From an uncultured Acidobacteriota bacterium (GTDB lineage: Bacteria; Acidobacteriota; Terriglobia; UBA7540), in the NCBI GenBank assembly GCA_963722675.1, contig CAVROP010000090.1:4560-68559 (forward strand): 64,000 bases of DNA, written 5' to 3'. The notes under the pieces are model-generated. The model worked only from the letters and a program-made list of their open reading frames with translations, did not search any database and was not told the DNA's origin. This document shows positions 62,799 to 64,000 of this stretch, piece by piece. The position numbers and the translations under genes were made by a program. Every line of letters begins with the position of its first letter. Within the stretch, counting starts at the first letter, position 1.

Positions 62799-63990
62799 TT
62801 ACGGATGCAGGGTTTTGCCCAGCACGACGGCGCGGCGCGCGCCGGTGACCCGGGGAAGGTTGCCCGGCAACCCGTGCAGGGTGCGGTCGGCAAGGATGGC
62901 GAAGGCGATCGCCTCTTTGGCGTCAACCGGCAGGCCGTACCGGTCGGAGAGTTCGACGGCAACTTGCGGGCAGCAATTCCCCCAAGCGTTCTAAGAGCCT
63001 AGCATTGTGAGCTCCGCCGCCTGAAATGATCAGCCGGCCAACCCTGGTTTCAGGAAAGACAAAACGAGCCAAGGCGTCAACGATGGTTCGCGCCGTCAGT
63101 TCGAGAGAGGTGCGAAGCAAGTCTTCGAAGCGATGTTTCTTGCGCGAGAGAAAACAGCCCTGCACGAAATCGTGGCCGAACTGCTCACGCCCCGCACTCT
63201 TGGGCGGGGGTCGCAAGAAGAAAGGGTGGCACAGCGCGCTGGCAAGGATGAGTTCATCTACTTTTCCAAGCGCCGCCACGAGCCCGCCGGCGTCGTAATG
63301 CTCCCGGCCGCCGGTGAAGTGCCGCACCAGGGCGTCGCTGACCATGTTTCCGGGGCCGGTGTCGAAGCCAAAAACATCGGCAGGCTTTGGCTTCGCCGGG
63401 ATCACAGTTACATTAGCGATGCCGCCGATGTTTAAGGCTACCGTCCCTTTCCGCGCATCGCGGAGCAAGAGGTAGTCCACCATGGGCACCAGCGGCGCGC
63501 CTTGCCCTCCGGCCGCCATGTCGGCGGTGCGGAAATCCGCCACCACCGGCGCGCCCGTTCGCTCTGCGATGACGGCAGGTTCGGCAATCTGGAGAGTGTT
63601 CGGACCCACTGCTGCCTTAAGGCCTAAACTTGGCTCGGGCCTGCCCTGGTGATAGATGGTCTGGCCATGCGAGCCGATGACGGAAACGCGCCCAGGGGAG
63701 ACGCGAGCCGCGCGGCACACCCGCAGGGCAGCTTTGGCGAAGAGTTCTCCAAGCAAGAAGTTGAGTTGGCTAACTCCCCCCGCTTTGATGTGGACACCGG
63801 CTGCTACGTTCATGATCCGTTGCTGGACTTCAGGAGGGTAGGGAAGTGTGGAGAACGCCAGCAAGCGTACTCGCGGTTGGTCCGGAGAGCCGGTGAGGCG
63901 CACCAAGGCTGCATCGATTCCGTCCATTGAAGTGCCGGAGATCAGGCCTACAGCGAGGCGGGTTCTACGATCCTTTGTTTTCATAGACAT
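62799..63990 (-). pseudogene. anmK: Anhydro-N-acetylmuramic acid kinase with one frame disruption at 62964-62965
   Basis: N-terminus GLISGTSMDGIDAALV. Removing one A restores ...[59 protein letters not shown], the canonical AnmK C-terminus ending at 62799. Confidence 0.85.
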
Positions 63991-64000
63991 TCTCGCTTTG

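Overview
High-GC (about 60%) bacterial chromosomal segment. It is probably from an Acidobacteriota-like organism; I infer this from an ADOP-type duplicated MacB-like permease, an ECF sigma plus Ser/Thr-kinase-TPR pair, and several characteristic palindromic repeat families. No rRNA, tRNA, CRISPR, integrase, transposase or phage genes were found. All domain calls rest on motifs read from the supplied translations; no searches were run. Content by region: (1) 1-21.7 kb holds glycan and amino-sugar catabolism: clan GH-A proteins, GH42, GH3, two carboxylesterases, an MFS/SIS/ROK trio, a Gfo/Idh/MocA oxidoreductase, an aldo-keto reductase and a lactonase. (2) 21.9-24.6 kb holds an orphan hypothetical gene and galK. 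(3) 24.6-35.0 kb is a co-directional minus-strand array: ECF sigma, Ser/Thr kinase-TPR, polytopic membrane protein, DUF4129, DUF4350, MoxR ATPase, DUF58. (4) 35.2-39.1 kb holds two small secreted proteins and an ADOP permease. (5) 39.4-45.3 kb is a four-gene circularly permuted ATP-grasp / alpha-E / transglutaminase module. (6) 46.1-62.6 kb is a second, roughly 16.5 kb Bat-like array: DUF4159, multicopper oxidase, vWA membrane protein, legumain/caspase-fold protein, TPR-peptidase-MA, MoxR, DUF58, BatA-vWA, a 1174-aa coiled-coil membrane protein and a small protein. anmK follows. Two further layers stand out. First, at least six families of palindromic REP/MITE-like elements fill most of the larger intergenic gaps, and one lies in frame inside a CDS. 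Second, I count about 27 single-base frame disruptions by hand. They are strongly clustered in two of the three MoxR/vWA modules, and there are none across 34.4-54.1 kb. I cannot tell from sequence alone whether these are real gene decay or local consensus errors.
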